32,000 nucleotides of DNA from Vibrio vulnificus CMCP6 (GTDB lineage Bacteria; Pseudomonadota; Gammaproteobacteria; Enterobacterales; Vibrionaceae): positions 2,986,104 through 3,018,103 of the forward strand of contig NC_004459.3 of the NCBI RefSeq assembly GCF_000039765.1, in the 5' to 3' direction. The notes under the pieces are model-generated. The model made no database searches and was not told the origin of the DNA. It worked only from the letters and a program-made list of their open reading frames with translations. Numbering within the stretch: the first letter of the stretch is position 1; every line of letters starts with the position of its first letter. The position numbers and the translations under genes were made by a program. Positions 17,250-29,586 of this stretch are shown piece after piece.

Positions 17250-17931
17250 AAAGCTCGAGTAACACATCCGCATTGATGTATTTACCGAGGTCTTTACGCT
17301 TGGCGCTTGGGATATAAGGAATTTCGCCCAGCTTTGGAACCTCCAAGCGCTCTTCCAACATATCAATGATCTCTGCGTAGTGCTCTGTGCCAGGATTCAC
17401 TCGATTAGCAACCCATCCGACCAAATTAAGGCCATCGGCTTTGATCACTTCAGCGGTCAGTAAGGCGTGGCTGAGGCAACCCAATTTGATGCCAACAACC
17501 AACACAACAGGCAGATCTTCTTGCTTAACCCAAGTAGACAGGCTGTCAGTGTCTGACACTGGAACTCGCCAACCACCCGCACCTTCAACAAGCACGACGT
17601 CTGCATTCTCTTTGTGCTGCGCAAGTTTGCGGCTCAGCACAGCATAGTCAATTTCTACTTTTTCATGTTTTGCCGCAATGTGCGGAGACGCTGGCAACTC
17701 GAGGGCATATGGATTGATGTCCTCGTAATCAACGGCCACTGTCGCCGCTTTCTGCAGGTGCAAGGCATCTGAATTACGCCAACCTTCTGGCGTTTTATCG
17801 CTGCCTGCCGCTACTGGTTTATAACCAATAGTACGTAGATCTTTGGCCGCTAATGCGTGAAGAATCGCTTTAGATGCCACGGTTTTGCCCACATCGGTAT
17901 CCGTACCTGCAATGAAAAATGCTTTCATCAT
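17248..17931 (-). CDS. bioD: dethiobiotin synthetase
   Basis: The protein reads [24 protein letters not shown], containing the P-loop motif GTDTDVGKT. Its start overlaps the bioC stop (ATGATGA). The track's longer N-terminus is non-homologous. Confidence 0.92.
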   Translation of the reverse strand: MMKAFFIAGTDTDVGKTVASKAILHALAAKDLRTIGYKPVAAGSDKTPEGWRNSDALHLQKAATVAVDYEDINPYALELPASPHIAAKHEKVEIDYAVLSRKLAQHKENADVVLVEGAGGWRVPVSDTDSLSTWVKQEDLPVVLVVGIKLGCLSHALLTAEVIKADGLNLVGWVANRVNPGTEHYAEIIDMLEERLEVPKLGEIPYIPSAKRKDLGKYINADVLLEL

Positions 17932-18737
17932 AACTGTATAACCCCTAAACAAACCTTATAACTTGCCGGTACATGACCTAGATGGTTCTGAAATGTCTGG
18001 TACTCTCTTTCCACTCGTTTTAACGCTTGTCTTGTCGTTAAACCATGTGAGCGCCCGCTTACATGGTTCGCACCTATACCCTTAAGATCACGCATAACAG
18101 CAAACGCAGACTCGTACCAGACTGTGATATCGGTCAAGTCTAGATGATGGTTATGACTATGAGATTGCGCTAACGCAATTTTTACCTGATTGGCAGAGAT
18201 AAAACGGTTGACGTGTTGATATGAGTCAATTTTTGCCCAGGCTTGCTTTAGCTCATTGAGTGAGCCATCCAGTAATGTGGAAAACAACACTTGGCCATGC
18301 GGTTTTACAACACGGTTCATTTCACGTAAAGGCCGCGATAAATCCTCGCACCATTGCAAGGCTAAGCTACTGAAGACAATGTCAAACTCATCACGTTCGA
18401 ATGGCAAAGACTCCGCATCGGCAACGCGATACGACACCGACTCTAGCCCACAACGGGCCTTTGCCTGCTCAAGCATCTCATGCGATAAGTCGGCACATAC
18501 GACTTCAGCGCCTCGTTGCAAAAGTTGCCACGAGAAATACCCCGTGCCACAACCAAGATCCAAAACACGCAAGCCCGATAAATCTTGGGGCAGTTTATCT
18601 AATAACTTATGTCCAACTTCTCGTTGAAATGCCGCATGCTGGTCATAGCTTTTAGCCGCCTTACCGAATGCTTGAGCAATAGCCAGCTTATCCACATACG
18701 CTTCCTCCGCAGTAAAGGATACCTTAGCCATTTCCAT
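17928..18737 (-). CDS. bioC: malonyl-ACP O-methyltransferase
   Basis: The protein has the SAM motif VLDLGCGTG. The gene sits between bioF and bioD, and its ATG overlaps the bioF stop (TAATG). Confidence 0.9.
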   Translation of the reverse strand: MEMAKVSFTAEEAYVDKLAIAQAFGKAAKSYDQHAAFQREVGHKLLDKLPQDLSGLRVLDLGCGTGYFSWQLLQRGAEVVCADLSHEMLEQAKARCGLESVSYRVADAESLPFERDEFDIVFSSLALQWCEDLSRPLREMNRVVKPHGQVLFSTLLDGSLNELKQAWAKIDSYQHVNRFISANQVKIALAQSHSHNHHLDLTDITVWYESAFAVMRDLKGIGANHVSGRSHGLTTRQALKRVEREYQTFQNHLGHVPASYKVCLGVIQL

Positions 18738-19894
18738 TAGTGCTCTCCTGTAACTGTCAGCAGTACTTGTGCCAGTGTGTGCATCTGTTCTTTTGTGTGA
18801 TTAGCAGACAACGTGATTCTTAGGCGTGCCGTGTTTTGGGGTACCGTCGGCGGACGAATCGCTGTCAACCAAATGCCTTGCTCTCGGCAACGCTGTGCAA
18901 CCATCACGGCTTGTTGTGTCTCTCCAATAAGCCACGGTTTGATCGGCGTTTGAGTGGCCACAAAACTATCGTGCTCCCCCAAATATTCCGCAAAAAGGGT
19001 TTGTAGCTCATTAAGCTTGTCTCGTCGCCACTGCTGCGTTCGAATCATCTCCACTGCATGCGTCAACGCGAAAGCTTGTGCAGGAGGAAGCGCGGTAGAG
19101 TAAACGTGGTGACGAGCAAATTGAGCAAGGAAATCACCGCTGGATTTATCCGTTAGAAGTGCAGCCCCCGATAAGCCGAAAGCTTTACCAAAGGTGACCA
19201 CCAAAAAATCTGGCTTCACACTAGCGAGCGCACAGCTTCCGCGACCTTCTTCACCGAGCACGCCAACACCATGCGCATCGTCCACCATTAAGCTCGCCGA
19301 ATGGCGTTGGGTGAGCGCGTGCATTTCAGCCAATGGTGAACAATCACCATCCATGCTAAATACGCCTTCCGTCACCACCAAACTTGGGCAATCAGATCGG
19401 TTTAAAATCGTATCTAGTGCTTTAAGATCATTATGCTTAAATCGCTTCATGGTAGCAGGAGACAAAAGCCCCGCCTCGATTAAAGAAGCGTGATTTAATT
19501 TGTCTTGCACTAGGAGATCGCCTTTTTCAAGCAGTGCAAACAACAACGCTTGATTGGCCGAAAATCCCGATCCAAACAAAGTGGCACTTTCATACCCTAG
19601 CCAATCGCATAAGGAAGCCGCGAGATTACTGTGCGCAGGCGTGTAGCCCGTCACCAATGGAGATGCCCCGCTGCCACAACCATATAAACTCAAACCCTGC
19701 TGCCAAGCTCGAACTAAAGATTGATCGTTCGCCAACCCCAAATAGTCGTTGGCAGAAAAATTGAGATAGCGCTTCCCTTGATGTTCTAAAACCGTTTGAT
19801 TTCCCGAGAAAATCACTTCACTTTGGCGACTCAAGCCCTGTTCACGTCTCTGCTTCAGGGCTTGCGCGATTCTTTCGTTAAAGGCTTGCGTCAT
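18737..19894 (-). CDS. bioF: 8-amino-7-oxononanoate synthase
   Basis: The protein belongs to the alpha-oxoamine synthase family and has a PLP lysine context (TFGKAFG). Its position in the bio operon fits. Confidence 0.93.
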   Translation of the reverse strand: MTQAFNERIAQALKQRREQGLSRQSEVIFSGNQTVLEHQGKRYLNFSANDYLGLANDQSLVRAWQQGLSLYGCGSGASPLVTGYTPAHSNLAASLCDWLGYESATLFGSGFSANQALLFALLEKGDLLVQDKLNHASLIEAGLLSPATMKRFKHNDLKALDTILNRSDCPSLVVTEGVFSMDGDCSPLAEMHALTQRHSASLMVDDAHGVGVLGEEGRGSCALASVKPDFLVVTFGKAFGLSGAALLTDKSSGDFLAQFARHHVYSTALPPAQAFALTHAVEMIRTQQWRRDKLNELQTLFAEYLGEHDSFVATQTPIKPWLIGETQQAVMVAQRCREQGIWLTAIRPPTVPQNTARLRITLSANHTKEQMHTLAQVLLTVTGEH

Positions 19895-20930
19895 AAAACA
19901 GATCGTCTTTTGTTGGGCGAGCAGCCACGCTTTCGACTACGCGATCTAACAATTCGTTTTCTGTAATTTCATCAGGTTTTTGTGAGACTTGCTGACTGTT
20001 AATACCCAGCTTGTTAAACAGCTGCATGTCTTTATCTTCGGAAGGGTTTGGTGTTGTGAGCAGCTTACAGCCGTAAAAGATTGAATTGGCGCCCGCCATA
20101 AAACACAAGGTTTGCATTTGCTCATTCATGTTTTCACGCCCTGCCGACAAACGAACGGCTGAGGTCGGCATCATAATACGAGCAACGGCGATTAGGCGGA
20201 TGAAATCAAACGGGTCAACCTCTTCAGCCGTTTCTAAAGGTGTCCCTTTCACCTTAACCAGCATGTTGATAGGAACACTTTCTGGATGCGTAGGCAGATT
20301 GGCCAACTCAACAAGCAACCCAGCGCGGTCATTCGCGCTTTCCCCCATACCGATGATACCGCCAGAGCAGATCTTCATGCCTGCGTCACGGACATGAGAT
20401 AAGGTATCTAGGCGATCTTGATAAGTGCGTGTGGTAATAATGTTACCGTAATACTCCGGTGAGGTATCGAGGTTGTGGTTGTAATAATCCAAACCCGCGC
20501 TTGCCAGTTGCTTAGCTTGTTCTGGGGTTAACATGCCCAGAGTCATACAGGTTTCCAGCCCCATATCTTTGACGCCTTTGATCATGTCAGTCAGCAGCGG
20601 CATGTCGCGTTCTTTCGGATTCTTCCAAGCTGCTCCCATACAAAAACGAGTCGAACCGGCATTTTTGGCCTTTTGCGCGGCATCCAGAACACGCTCCACT
20701 TCCATTAATCGCTCTTTTTCAACATCCGTTTGATAACGAGCGCTTTGCGGGCAGTATTTGCAATCTTCTGGACAAGCACCGGTTTTAATCGAAAGCAAGG
20801 TACTCACTTGCACATAGTTCTTAGGGTGGTATTGACGATGAACTTGCTGCGCTTCAAACAACAAATCCATAAAAGGCATTTCCATCAACTCACGAACTTG
20901 CGCATGAGTCCAGTTATGACGTACTTCCAC
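19878..20930 (-). CDS. bioB: biotin synthase (radical SAM)
   Basis: The protein has the [10 protein letters not shown] (CxxxCxxC) cluster motif. A GTG start at 20930 (AGGA upstream) gives [33 protein letters not shown], which aligns with the E. coli BioB N-terminus. The track start at 21023 adds 31 non-homologous residues that run across the operator. Confidence 0.93.
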   Translation of the reverse strand: MEVRHNWTHAQVRELMEMPFMDLLFEAQQVHRQYHPKNYVQVSTLLSIKTGACPEDCKYCPQSARYQTDVEKERLMEVERVLDAAQKAKNAGSTRFCMGAAWKNPKERDMPLLTDMIKGVKDMGLETCMTLGMLTPEQAKQLASAGLDYYNHNLDTSPEYYGNIITTRTYQDRLDTLSHVRDAGMKICSGGIIGMGESANDRAGLLVELANLPTHPESVPINMLVKVKGTPLETAEEVDPFDFIRLIAVARIMMPTSAVRLSAGRENMNEQMQTLCFMAGANSIFYGCKLLTTPNPSEDKDMQLFNKLGINSQQVSQKPDEITENELLDRVVESVAARPTKDDLFYDASL

Positions 20931-20970
20931 GTGTATTCCTTGCGTAATAGTTAACTTGCTATTTTTGTTC

Positions 20971-21007
20971 TGTTGACAGTCTACCGAGTCCCGATAAACT
21001 GTCAACA
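20971..21007. promoter_or_regulatory. bioO-like BirA operator in the divergent bioB/bioA control region
   Basis: TGTTGACAGT-N17-ACTGTCAACA is a perfect 10-bp inverted repeat spanning 37 bp. Its size and location match those of E. coli bioO. Confidence 0.65.
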
Positions 21008-21070
21008 TTAGCAAATAAATCAAAGTTTACATCTGGTTTGTTTTTAATCTATTTTTACTTGGATTTTATT

Positions 21071-22348
21071 ATGGATTTGGCCTTCGACCGCCAGCACATC
21101 TGGCATCCCTACACTTCGACTCTCACACCTCTGACCTGCTATCCCGTGAACTCCGCAAGTGGTGTGTATATCAAACTGGAAGACGGAACCACGCTCATCG
21201 ATGGCATGTCTTCATGGTGGTCGACCATTCATGGCTACAATCACCCTCACTTGAATCGAGCGGCACATCATCAAATTGATCAAGTATCCCATGTGATGTT
21301 TGGTGGTATCACTCATCAGCCAGCGATCAATTTGTGTAAAAAGTTACTGTCCTTGGCGCCAAATAACCTAGAGCATGTCTTTCTCGCTGATTCAGGCTCA
21401 GTGGCCGTGGAGGTTAGCTTAAAAATGGCCTTGCAATACTGGCACGCAAGAGGTGAGCGCAGGCCGAAATTTTTGACATTACAGCATGGCTACCATGGCG
21501 ATACCTTTGCAGCAATGTCGGTCACCGATCCTGACAACTCGATGCATTCACTCTACAAAGGCTTCTTACCAGAGCACATATTTGCGAAATCACCGACTGG
21601 TGGCTTTTGGGATGAGTGGAAGCCAGAAGATCTCACTGACTTTGCGCAGAAGATTGAACAGCACCATCAAGAATTAGCCGCAGTAATCCTTGAACCCATC
21701 GTGCAAGGCGCGGGAGGAATGCGTATCTATCATCCAGAGTTTCTGAAAGGCGTTCGAGCACTTTGTGATAAGTATGGTCTACTGCTAATAGCAGATGAAA
21801 TCGCGACTGGTTTTGGCCGTACTGGCAAGCTGTTTGCCTGCGAGCATGCCGATATCCAACCGGACATTCTGTGTGTCGGTAAAGCACTGACTGGGGGCTA
21901 CATGACCCTTTCCGCGACCTTAACCAGCAAACACGTCGCCGATACGGTTTGTGGCGGTGAAGCAGGTTGTTTCATGCACGGTCCAACCTTTATGGGCAAT
22001 CCACTCGCCTGCGCCGTCGCAACCGCCAGTTTAGAGTTGATAGAGCAAGGCCAATGGCAACAGCAAACCAAGCAAATCGAATCGCTGTTTTCTGAGTTAC
22101 TGCCAAAACTTGAAGAATACGACTTGGTGAAAAACACCCGTTGGTTAGGTGCGATTGGTGTAGTGGAAACACATCGCCCAGTGAATATGGAAACCGTCCA
22201 AGCCCTGTTTGTTGAACAAGGTGTTTGGATTCGCCCCTTTGGCAAACTGATTTATATGATGCCGCCATTTATCAGCGAGCCGGCTCATATAGAACAATTG
22301 GTGAACGCCATTGAAACCGCACTTCAGCGTGCCGAGTGTTTTGTTTAG
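21071..22348 (+). CDS. bioA: adenosylmethionine-8-amino-7-oxononanoate aminotransferase
   Basis: The start MDLAFDRQHIWHPYTS matches BioA N-termini. The class-III aminotransferase motif DEIATGFGRTGKLFA is present. The track start at 21038 adds 11 unlikely residues. Confidence 0.93.
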   Translation: MDLAFDRQHIWHPYTSTLTPLTCYPVNSASGVYIKLEDGTTLIDGMSSWWSTIHGYNHPHLNRAAHHQIDQVSHVMFGGITHQPAINLCKKLLSLAPNNLEHVFLADSGSVAVEVSLKMALQYWHARGERRPKFLTLQHGYHGDTFAAMSVTDPDNSMHSLYKGFLPEHIFAKSPTGGFWDEWKPEDLTDFAQKIEQHHQELAAVILEPIVQGAGGMRIYHPEFLKGVRALCDKYGLLLIADEIATGFGRTGKLFACEHADIQPDILCVGKALTGGYMTLSATLTSKHVADTVCGGEAGCFMHGPTFMGNPLACAVATASLELIEQGQWQQQTKQIESLFSELLPKLEEYDLVKNTRWLGAIGVVETHRPVNMETVQALFVEQGVWIRPFGKLIYMMPPFISEPAHIEQLVNAIETALQRAECFV

Positions 22349-22360
22349 CCACGAGATAAT

Positions 22361-22390
22361 AAAAAACCCAGCACAGTGGCTGGGTTTTGA
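22361..22390. terminator. bidirectional terminator between the convergent bioA and serS genes
   Basis: The sequence is AAAAAA-CCCAGC-ACAGTG-GCTGGG-TTTTGAG. Confidence 0.8.
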
Positions 22391-22410
22391 GATTTTTTAT
22401 GGTTAATCAA

Positions 22411-23781
<1,371 letters not shown>

Positions 23782-23809
23782 TTAACCGAACAAATGTATC
23801 CAAAAATGC

Positions 23810-25159
23810 CTACTTTTCATAGCGCTTTTGTGGGCTATTTGCGTCTAAATTAGCCAAGTAATCTAACTTTTCAGCGATTTTGCTCTCTAAGCCTCGATTT
23901 GTTGGCTGATAGTACTTGCGATCATCAATTTCAGCAGGCAAATATTGTTCGCCCGCGGCGTAGGCCCCTGGTTCATCATGAGCGTATCGATAACCTTCCC
24001 CATAACCAAGATCTTTCATCAATCCGGTCGGTGCATTACGCAAATGGAAAGGCACTTCAAATTCAGGAAGATTATGTGCATCCGACAGCGCTTGCTTCCA
24101 AGCGGTGTAGACCGCATTACTTTTCGGCGCGCACGCAAGGTAAACGATCGCCTGTGCAATTGCGCGTTCGCCTTCTGCGGGCCCAACACGGGTAAAGCAA
24201 TCCCACGCGGAAAGAGCCACTTGCATTGCCCTCGGATCCGCATTGCCCACATCTTCAGAGGCAATGGCCAGCAAACGTCGCGCGATATAGAGTGGATCAC
24301 AACCGGCAGCGATCATTCTCGCCGACCAATAAAGCGCAGCGTCCGGGTTTGAGCCGCGAATGGATTTGTGCACAGCAGAGATTAAGTCGTACCAAATGTC
24401 GCCTTTATTATCAAAACGAGAGACCTTCTCCCCCGCCACTTCCGCCAATAGCTTTAGCGTGATCTCTTTTTCACCCTGAGCATTGTCTTCTGCCATGTCA
24501 TACAGCAGCTCAAGATAGTTAAGAGACATTCGCGCATCACCATTGACGAGCTCAGCCAGACGATCCAAGACATTATCAGCAAAGTGTGCTGGTGTATTAC
24601 CCAGACCACGTTGTTTGTCGTTGATCGCTTGGTTTAATGCCAGTGAGATTTCTTCTTTGTTGAGTGACGTAAGCTTATACACACGAGCACGTGACAATAA
24701 TGCGTTGTTCAGTTCAAACGATGGATTTTCTGTGGTCGCGCCGATAAAAGTCACTGTTCCATCTTCAATGTGAGGTAAGAAGGCATCTTGCTGTGATTTA
24801 TTAAAGCGATGTACCTCATCCACAAACAAGATGGTGCGACGACCCGCCATTTTGTTCTCGCGTGCTTTTTCAATTGCGGCACGAATTTCTTTCACGCCGG
24901 ACGTGACCGCAGAGACGCGTTCAACTTCCGCGTTGGCGTAGTTTGCGGCTACTTCCGCTAATGTTGTCTTGCCTGTACCTGGAGGCCCCCACAAAATCAT
25001 TGAATGAATGTGGCCGGCCTCTAGCGCGCGACGTAATGGCTTACCAGGGCCTAAAATATGCTGCTGACCGATGTACTGTTCGATCGTTTCCGGTCTCATA
25101 CGAGCAGCAAGGGGACGAAAATCTTCGTCCCCTGAAAAATCTAAGGTGTAATTTGACAC
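23810..25159 (-). CDS. rarA: replication-associated recombination protein A (AAA+ ATPase)
   Basis: The protein has Walker [10 protein letters not shown] and is collinear with E. coli RarA/MgsA. A GTG start at 25159 gives MSNYTLDFS, compared with MSNLSLDFS in E. coli. The track ORF begins at a TTG at 25165. Confidence 0.93.
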   Translation of the reverse strand: MSNYTLDFSGDEDFRPLAARMRPETIEQYIGQQHILGPGKPLRRALEAGHIHSMILWGPPGTGKTTLAEVAANYANAEVERVSAVTSGVKEIRAAIEKARENKMAGRRTILFVDEVHRFNKSQQDAFLPHIEDGTVTFIGATTENPSFELNNALLSRARVYKLTSLNKEEISLALNQAINDKQRGLGNTPAHFADNVLDRLAELVNGDARMSLNYLELLYDMAEDNAQGEKEITLKLLAEVAGEKVSRFDNKGDIWYDLISAVHKSIRGSNPDAALYWSARMIAAGCDPLYIARRLLAIASEDVGNADPRAMQVALSAWDCFTRVGPAEGERAIAQAIVYLACAPKSNAVYTAWKQALSDAHNLPEFEVPFHLRNAPTGLMKDLGYGEGYRYAHDEPGAYAAGEQYLPAEIDDRKYYQPTNRGLESKIAEKLDYLANLDANSPQKRYEK

Positions 25160-25165
25160 TGGCAA

Positions 25166-25762
25166 TTAGTTCCTTTGGTCATCCACTTCAACCCCTTCAG
25201 GGATGTTAAAGGTGAAGCGGGCAGCTGCAGGCTTTCCTAGTTTCATATCCGTAAACTTGAAGATGCCTTTTTGTCCATCTTGTTCAATGACATTAAAACC
25301 ATGCACAATCCCTTTTGCATCAATATCAATTTGGAACTGCCCCTGGGTAGAGTCTGCCGCTTTCGGCACGAGAGTGAACACATTACCATCTTGCGTGATT
25401 TGATAGTTTTCCCAATCACTGGACTGATTACGAGTGAGTAAAACAAACGGTGTTTGTTGTACAGCTTGTTCTTGCCAGTAAATGCTTACCTGTTCAATAA
25501 ATGGGCTGTAATACCATAAGGTTTTTCCATCCGAAACCAACAGGTTTTCATCCGGTAAAGAGGTACTCCAGCGAAACAGGCTTGGTCTGGCAATATCAAC
25601 GCTGCCTTCCCCTTCCATCACGACTTCACCCTCTGGGCTTGTCACCGTTTGGTTGAAGTTTGCGCTAAAGCCATCATTCATGCCTAATCTCTGATTAAGC
25701 TCTTGCTGTGGATTTGCCAATGCTGACGCGCTAAGGAAAAATACAACTAACCATTTTTTCAT
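25166..25762 (-). CDS. lolA: outer-membrane lipoprotein carrier protein
   Basis: The signal peptide is [16 protein letters not shown]|N. The body is LolA-family, and the ftsK-lolA-rarA-serS order is conserved. Confidence 0.92.
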
Positions 25763-25834
25763 TTTTATACCTATTTACGGCTAAGGTTTAAAAGGAGTTG
25801 CACGTTTTGACTCCTCCTTCTAAACGAAAGTTCA

Positions 25835-28792
25835 TTATTCTCTTGGTGGTGCAGGAGCCAGCACTTCTCGGTTGCCATTATGGCCCGGTGCACTGACGAT
25901 CCCTTGAGCTTCCAACTGCTCTACAATACGCGCCGCACGGTTATAGCCAATTTTGAAACGGCGCTGAACACCAGAAACCGAACCACGACGTGACTGAACA
26001 ACATGTTCAACCACTTGATCGAAAAGGGGATCAAGGTCTTCATCGCTCTCCATTTGTTCGCCAGGTAGCAAACTTTCTGGCCCCTGTTCACCGCTGATGA
26101 TCTCGTCAATGTAGTTTGGTTTACCACGCGCTTTCCAGTTGTTTACAACCGCATGCACGTCATCATCAGAGGCAAAGGCACCATGCACCCGGATGGTGTG
26201 ACTCGAACCCGGAGGCAGGTAAAGCATGTCACCCATACCCAATAGCGATTCAGCACCGCCTTGATCGAGGATGGTACGAGAGTCGGTTTTGGTGGAAACG
26301 GTAAACGCCACTCGTGTTGGAATGTTCGCTTTGATCAGACCTGTAATGACATCTACCGATGGACGCTGTGTTGCTAGGATCAAGTGGATACCCGCCGCAC
26401 GCGCTTTTTGCGCCAAGCGTGCGATCAACTCTTCCACTTTTTTGCCGACCACCATCATGAGATCCGCAAATTCATCCACAACAACGACGATATACGGCAG
26501 TTTTTCTAATAATGGTGGCTCCGTATCCATGCTATCCCCTTCTTGCCAGAAAGGATCGTGAATAGGATGGCCCGCGTCTGCCGCCATTTTCAGTTTCTCA
26601 TTAAAACCTTTAATGTTACGCACGCCCATCACAGACATCAGTTTGTAACGACGCTCCATCTCACCAACACACCAACGTAATGCATTAGAAGCATCTTTCA
26701 TGTCAGTGACAACTTCCGCTAATAGGTGTGGAATGCCTTCGTACACCGAAAGCTCCAGCATTTTCGGGTCGATCATAATAAAACGCACATCTTCTGGGCT
26801 TGCTTTATAGAGCATGCTAAGAATCATGACGTTTACCCCAACAGATTTACCAGAACCCGTGGTACCCGCCACCAGCACATGCGGCATTTTCGCCAAGTCT
26901 GCGACCAATGCTTCACCAGCAATATCTTGCCCTAGAACCACCGTGGTCGGTGACGTTGCATTCTGGAACTGAGGACTATCAATCACATCAGACAGGTAAA
27001 CCGTTTGACGGCTCATGTTTGGCAGCTCGAGTCCCACGTAGGGTTTACCAGGGATCACTTCAACAACTCGTACAGCCATTGCCGACAATGAACGTGCTAA
27101 GTCCATGGATAAGCTCGAGATGCGGCTAACCTTCACGCCCGGCGCTAAATCAAGTTCAAAACGGGTAATTACAGGTCCTGGGAAGATCCCAACCACTTCC
27201 GCGGTGATCTTGTAGTCGGCCAGTTTAGATTCGACCAATCTTGCTACTTGTTCTAGCGCTTCTTTATCGATGAAATTCTCACGTTTTTCAGGGTGATAAA
27301 GTAGCTCAAGCGTTGGTAGCGGCTCTTTCGGCACCGGCAGTGAGGTGTCTTGTTTCATCAAAAACGGGTTCTGCGTCGCCGCCATATTTTGCTGTGCTTT
27401 AGAGACCATGTTTTGGAAAGCGACCACATCTTGATCTTGGTCTTCGTCCTCTTCCACATAATCTTCCATTTCTGGATTCACATCGCCCACACTGTCAGCA
27501 ACAGGCAAGTCCACAATTTCTTCTTGAGTAGTATGTTGAGTAGTTTGTTCTACTCCTAGGTGAGAGAACATTGGCTCTGCCGACGACGCCATTGCGGATC
27601 TCTGCGCCTCATTGTGATGCAATGGTGCTTCTTCAGCAAAACCGACCATGACAGGCTCATCGATTTCTTCTGAGATCTTATCCAGTTCGGAAAGTGAGAT
27701 AACGTGATCAAACTCTTCAACATCCACACTGAAATCTTGTGCATGTTCAACTTGTGTTGTTTGAGAGTGTTCTGCAGAAACTTGAGCGATATCGGCAACA
27801 TTATAACGTGCACGCTCTGTACTCATGGTGTCATCAGGCAGGTCATTCACCGACAGCGCTTCTTGCTCTAACTCTTCAATTGTGGCGTTAAGCTTTTTCG
27901 CTCGCTCAAAGGAGTTATCCTCCAGTTCATCCAGCTCGTCAGAGACCGTTTGGTAGCTTACTGTTTGTGGCATATGGATCGGGTATTCTCTGCGCATTTG
28001 AACCACAGGCTCCACAGGTAGCGGATCAGGAATACGCTCTTCCTCAACAATCTCATCTTGCTGTGCTTCTATTTGTGGCTGAGCTTTAGGTTCATCGTCA
28101 GACAATGCGATCGGTTGTAATTCAGGGGCGATAACTTCTGTTTTTTCACCGCGAAGGCGATTCAGCGCCCACTGACAAACATCGAGAAACAGGCTACCGA
28201 TCCATTCGACAATCGAGAGCCATGAGATGCCAGTAAGTAGAGTAAAACCCGCCCCCCAAGCAAACAGCAACACCAACGTTGTACCCAGTAGGTTCAGTGT
28301 GGGTAACGCAAGACTATTGAGAACATCGCCAAGCACACCACCAGAAGAAAAATACCAGATATCGTCAAAATTGATGTCCGCCAAACCACAACTGGTTAAA
28401 ATAAGTATGGCCAAACCGAGTAAACGCGTTCCCCACAACATGAGATCAATGTGTTCATCTTCGTCTCTGGTTCGGAAAAAGACCCATGTCACAATCACCA
28501 ATAGCACTGGCAACAAATAAGCCAACAGGCCAAATGTAAAGAAAAGTGTATCCGCTACCCAAGCACCAAATTGTCCACCGGCATTGCTGATATCTCCACC
28601 CCATGAGGTTTGAGACCAAGAAGGGTCCGCTGGGCTAAAGGTTAATAGGGCAATTGAAAGGAAAGCAGAAGTCAGTACGCCTAGAATAAGGCAGCACTCT
28701 TTGAGACGTTGAAAACCGTTCAGACGAGAAGACTGAGCCTCTTCGCTTGTTTTAATAATGGTTTGTACTTTTTTAGCGTTCTCTTTGAACAT
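25835..28792 (-). CDS. ftsK: DNA translocase FtsK
   Basis: The protein has N-terminal TM segments, a long acidic/Gln-rich linker, and a motor domain with Walker A GTTGSGKS. The C-terminal gamma winged-helix reads [30 protein letters not shown]. Confidence 0.96.
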   Translation of the reverse strand: MFKENAKKVQTIIKTSEEAQSSRLNGFQRLKECCLILGVLTSAFLSIALLTFSPADPSWSQTSWGGDISNAGGQFGAWVADTLFFTFGLLAYLLPVLLVIVTWVFFRTRDEDEHIDLMLWGTRLLGLAILILTSCGLADINFDDIWYFSSGGVLGDVLNSLALPTLNLLGTTLVLLFAWGAGFTLLTGISWLSIVEWIGSLFLDVCQWALNRLRGEKTEVIAPELQPIALSDDEPKAQPQIEAQQDEIVEEERIPDPLPVEPVVQMRREYPIHMPQTVSYQTVSDELDELEDNSFERAKKLNATIEELEQEALSVNDLPDDTMSTERARYNVADIAQVSAEHSQTTQVEHAQDFSVDVEEFDHVISLSELDKISEEIDEPVMVGFAEEAPLHHNEAQRSAMASSAEPMFSHLGVEQTTQHTTQEEIVDLPVADSVGDVNPEMEDYVEEDEDQDQDVVAFQNMVSKAQQNMAATQNPFLMKQDTSLPVPKEPLPTLELLYHPEKRENFIDKEALEQVARLVESKLADYKITAEVVGIFPGPVITRFELDLAPGVKVSRISSLSMDLARSLSAMAVRVVEVIPGKPYVGLELPNMSRQTVYLSDVIDSPQFQNATSPTTVVLGQDIAGEALVADLAKMPHVLVAGTTGSGKSVGVNVMILSMLYKASPEDVRFIMIDPKMLELSVYEGIPHLLAEVVTDMKDASNALRWCVGEMERRYKLMSVMGVRNIKGFNEKLKMAADAGHPIHDPFWQEGDSMDTEPPLLEKLPYIVVVVDEFADLMMVVGKKVEELIARLAQKARAAGIHLILATQRPSVDVITGLIKANIPTRVAFTVSTKTDSRTILDQGGAESLLGMGDMLYLPPGSSHTIRVHGAFASDDDVHAVVNNWKARGKPNYIDEIISGEQGPESLLPGEQMESDEDLDPLFDQVVEHVVQSRRGSVSGVQRRFKIGYNRAARIVEQLEAQGIVSAPGHNGNREVLAPAPPRE

Positions 28793-28824
28793 AAATCAAC
28801 TTGAATCAACAGTAACTGAAACAT

Positions 28825-28848
28825 TCCGAGCGGCCTATGCCGCTCGGA
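28825..28848 (-). terminator. GC-rich hairpin between lrp and ftsK (possible weak or partial lrp terminator)
   Basis: TCCGAGCGGC-CTAT-GCCGCTCGGA forms a perfect 10-bp stem. On the minus strand it is followed by ATGTTTCAGTT, a poor U-tract. Confidence 0.35.
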
Positions 28849-28936
28849 TTCATAAGTCGATTTAACCATATCGAAAGGAAAAACCCAACGCTTGGAAGGT
28901 GAAAGCAGCGATATAAGCCGCTTTCCTTACAAGAAT

Positions 28937-29431
28937 TTAACGTGTTTTAATCACAAGTTGGTTGGTTTGCTTCACTTCTTCCATTACAACGTAGGTTCGA
29001 GTGTCATTTACACCTGGTAAACGAAGCAGAGTATCACCGAGCAATTTACGGTAAGCACCCATATCAGATACACGCGTTTTTAATAGATAGTCGAAATCAC
29101 CAGAAACAAGATGACACTCTTGGATATCATCCAGTTTTTGAACCGCGGCATTAAACTGTTCAAATACATCGGGCGCACCACGATTTAACGTAATTTCAAC
29201 AAACACGAGCAATGAGGCGTCTAGGTATTGAGGGTTTAACAATGCGGTATAACCCGTAATGTATCCTTGACGCTCTAAGCGACGAACACGCTCTAAACAT
29301 GGAGTTGGAGAAAGCCCCACGCGCTTAGAGAGTTCAACGTTTGAAATTCGACCATCTTTCTGCAATTCATTCAAAATATTGCGATCGATACGGTCTAGAT
29401 CCTTGGACGGCTTTTTGTAGTTATCTACCAT
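28937..29431 (-). CDS. lrp: leucine-responsive regulatory protein (Lrp/AsnC family)
   Basis: The 164-aa protein has the HTH region DRIDRNILNELQKDGRISNVELSKRVGLSPTPCLERVRRLERQGYI, nearly identical in pattern to E. coli Lrp. An AAGGTGGA ribosome-binding site is present. Confidence 0.96.
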   Translation of the reverse strand: MVDNYKKPSKDLDRIDRNILNELQKDGRISNVELSKRVGLSPTPCLERVRRLERQGYITGYTALLNPQYLDASLLVFVEITLNRGAPDVFEQFNAAVQKLDDIQECHLVSGDFDYLLKTRVSDMGAYRKLLGDTLLRLPGVNDTRTYVVMEEVKQTNQLVIKTR

Positions 29432-29586
29432 TTTTTATTCCACCTTATTACTTCCTTGCAAAAAAATATACTACAACTTTTTAATATTCAGTATCAAATT
29501 TTGCCACATCACATCTATACTAGGCACAAATTCGACATTACACCCTACACATAGTCAATACAACCAGAATAAAACGAGGAGTCAGG

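Noticed and set aside
20931-21070. N-terminal extensions of bioB (to 21023) and bioA (from 21038)
   Set aside because: The extensions are non-homologous, run over or next to the bioO palindrome, and lack ribosome-binding sites. The internal GTG (20930) and ATG (21071) starts match homolog N-termini.
21898-22268. Minus-strand ORFs of 115 aa and 92 aa inside bioA, and similar antisense ORFs in rarA (23899-24462) and ftsK (26116-27129, 28227-28520)
   Set aside because: They are antisense or off-frame within confidently assigned genes, and nothing independent supports them.
28800-28816. Possible LexA (SOS) box upstream of ftsK
   Set aside because: Only one CTGT half-site is present. The partner position reads GTTG rather than ACAG, so it does not fit CTGT-N8-ACAG.
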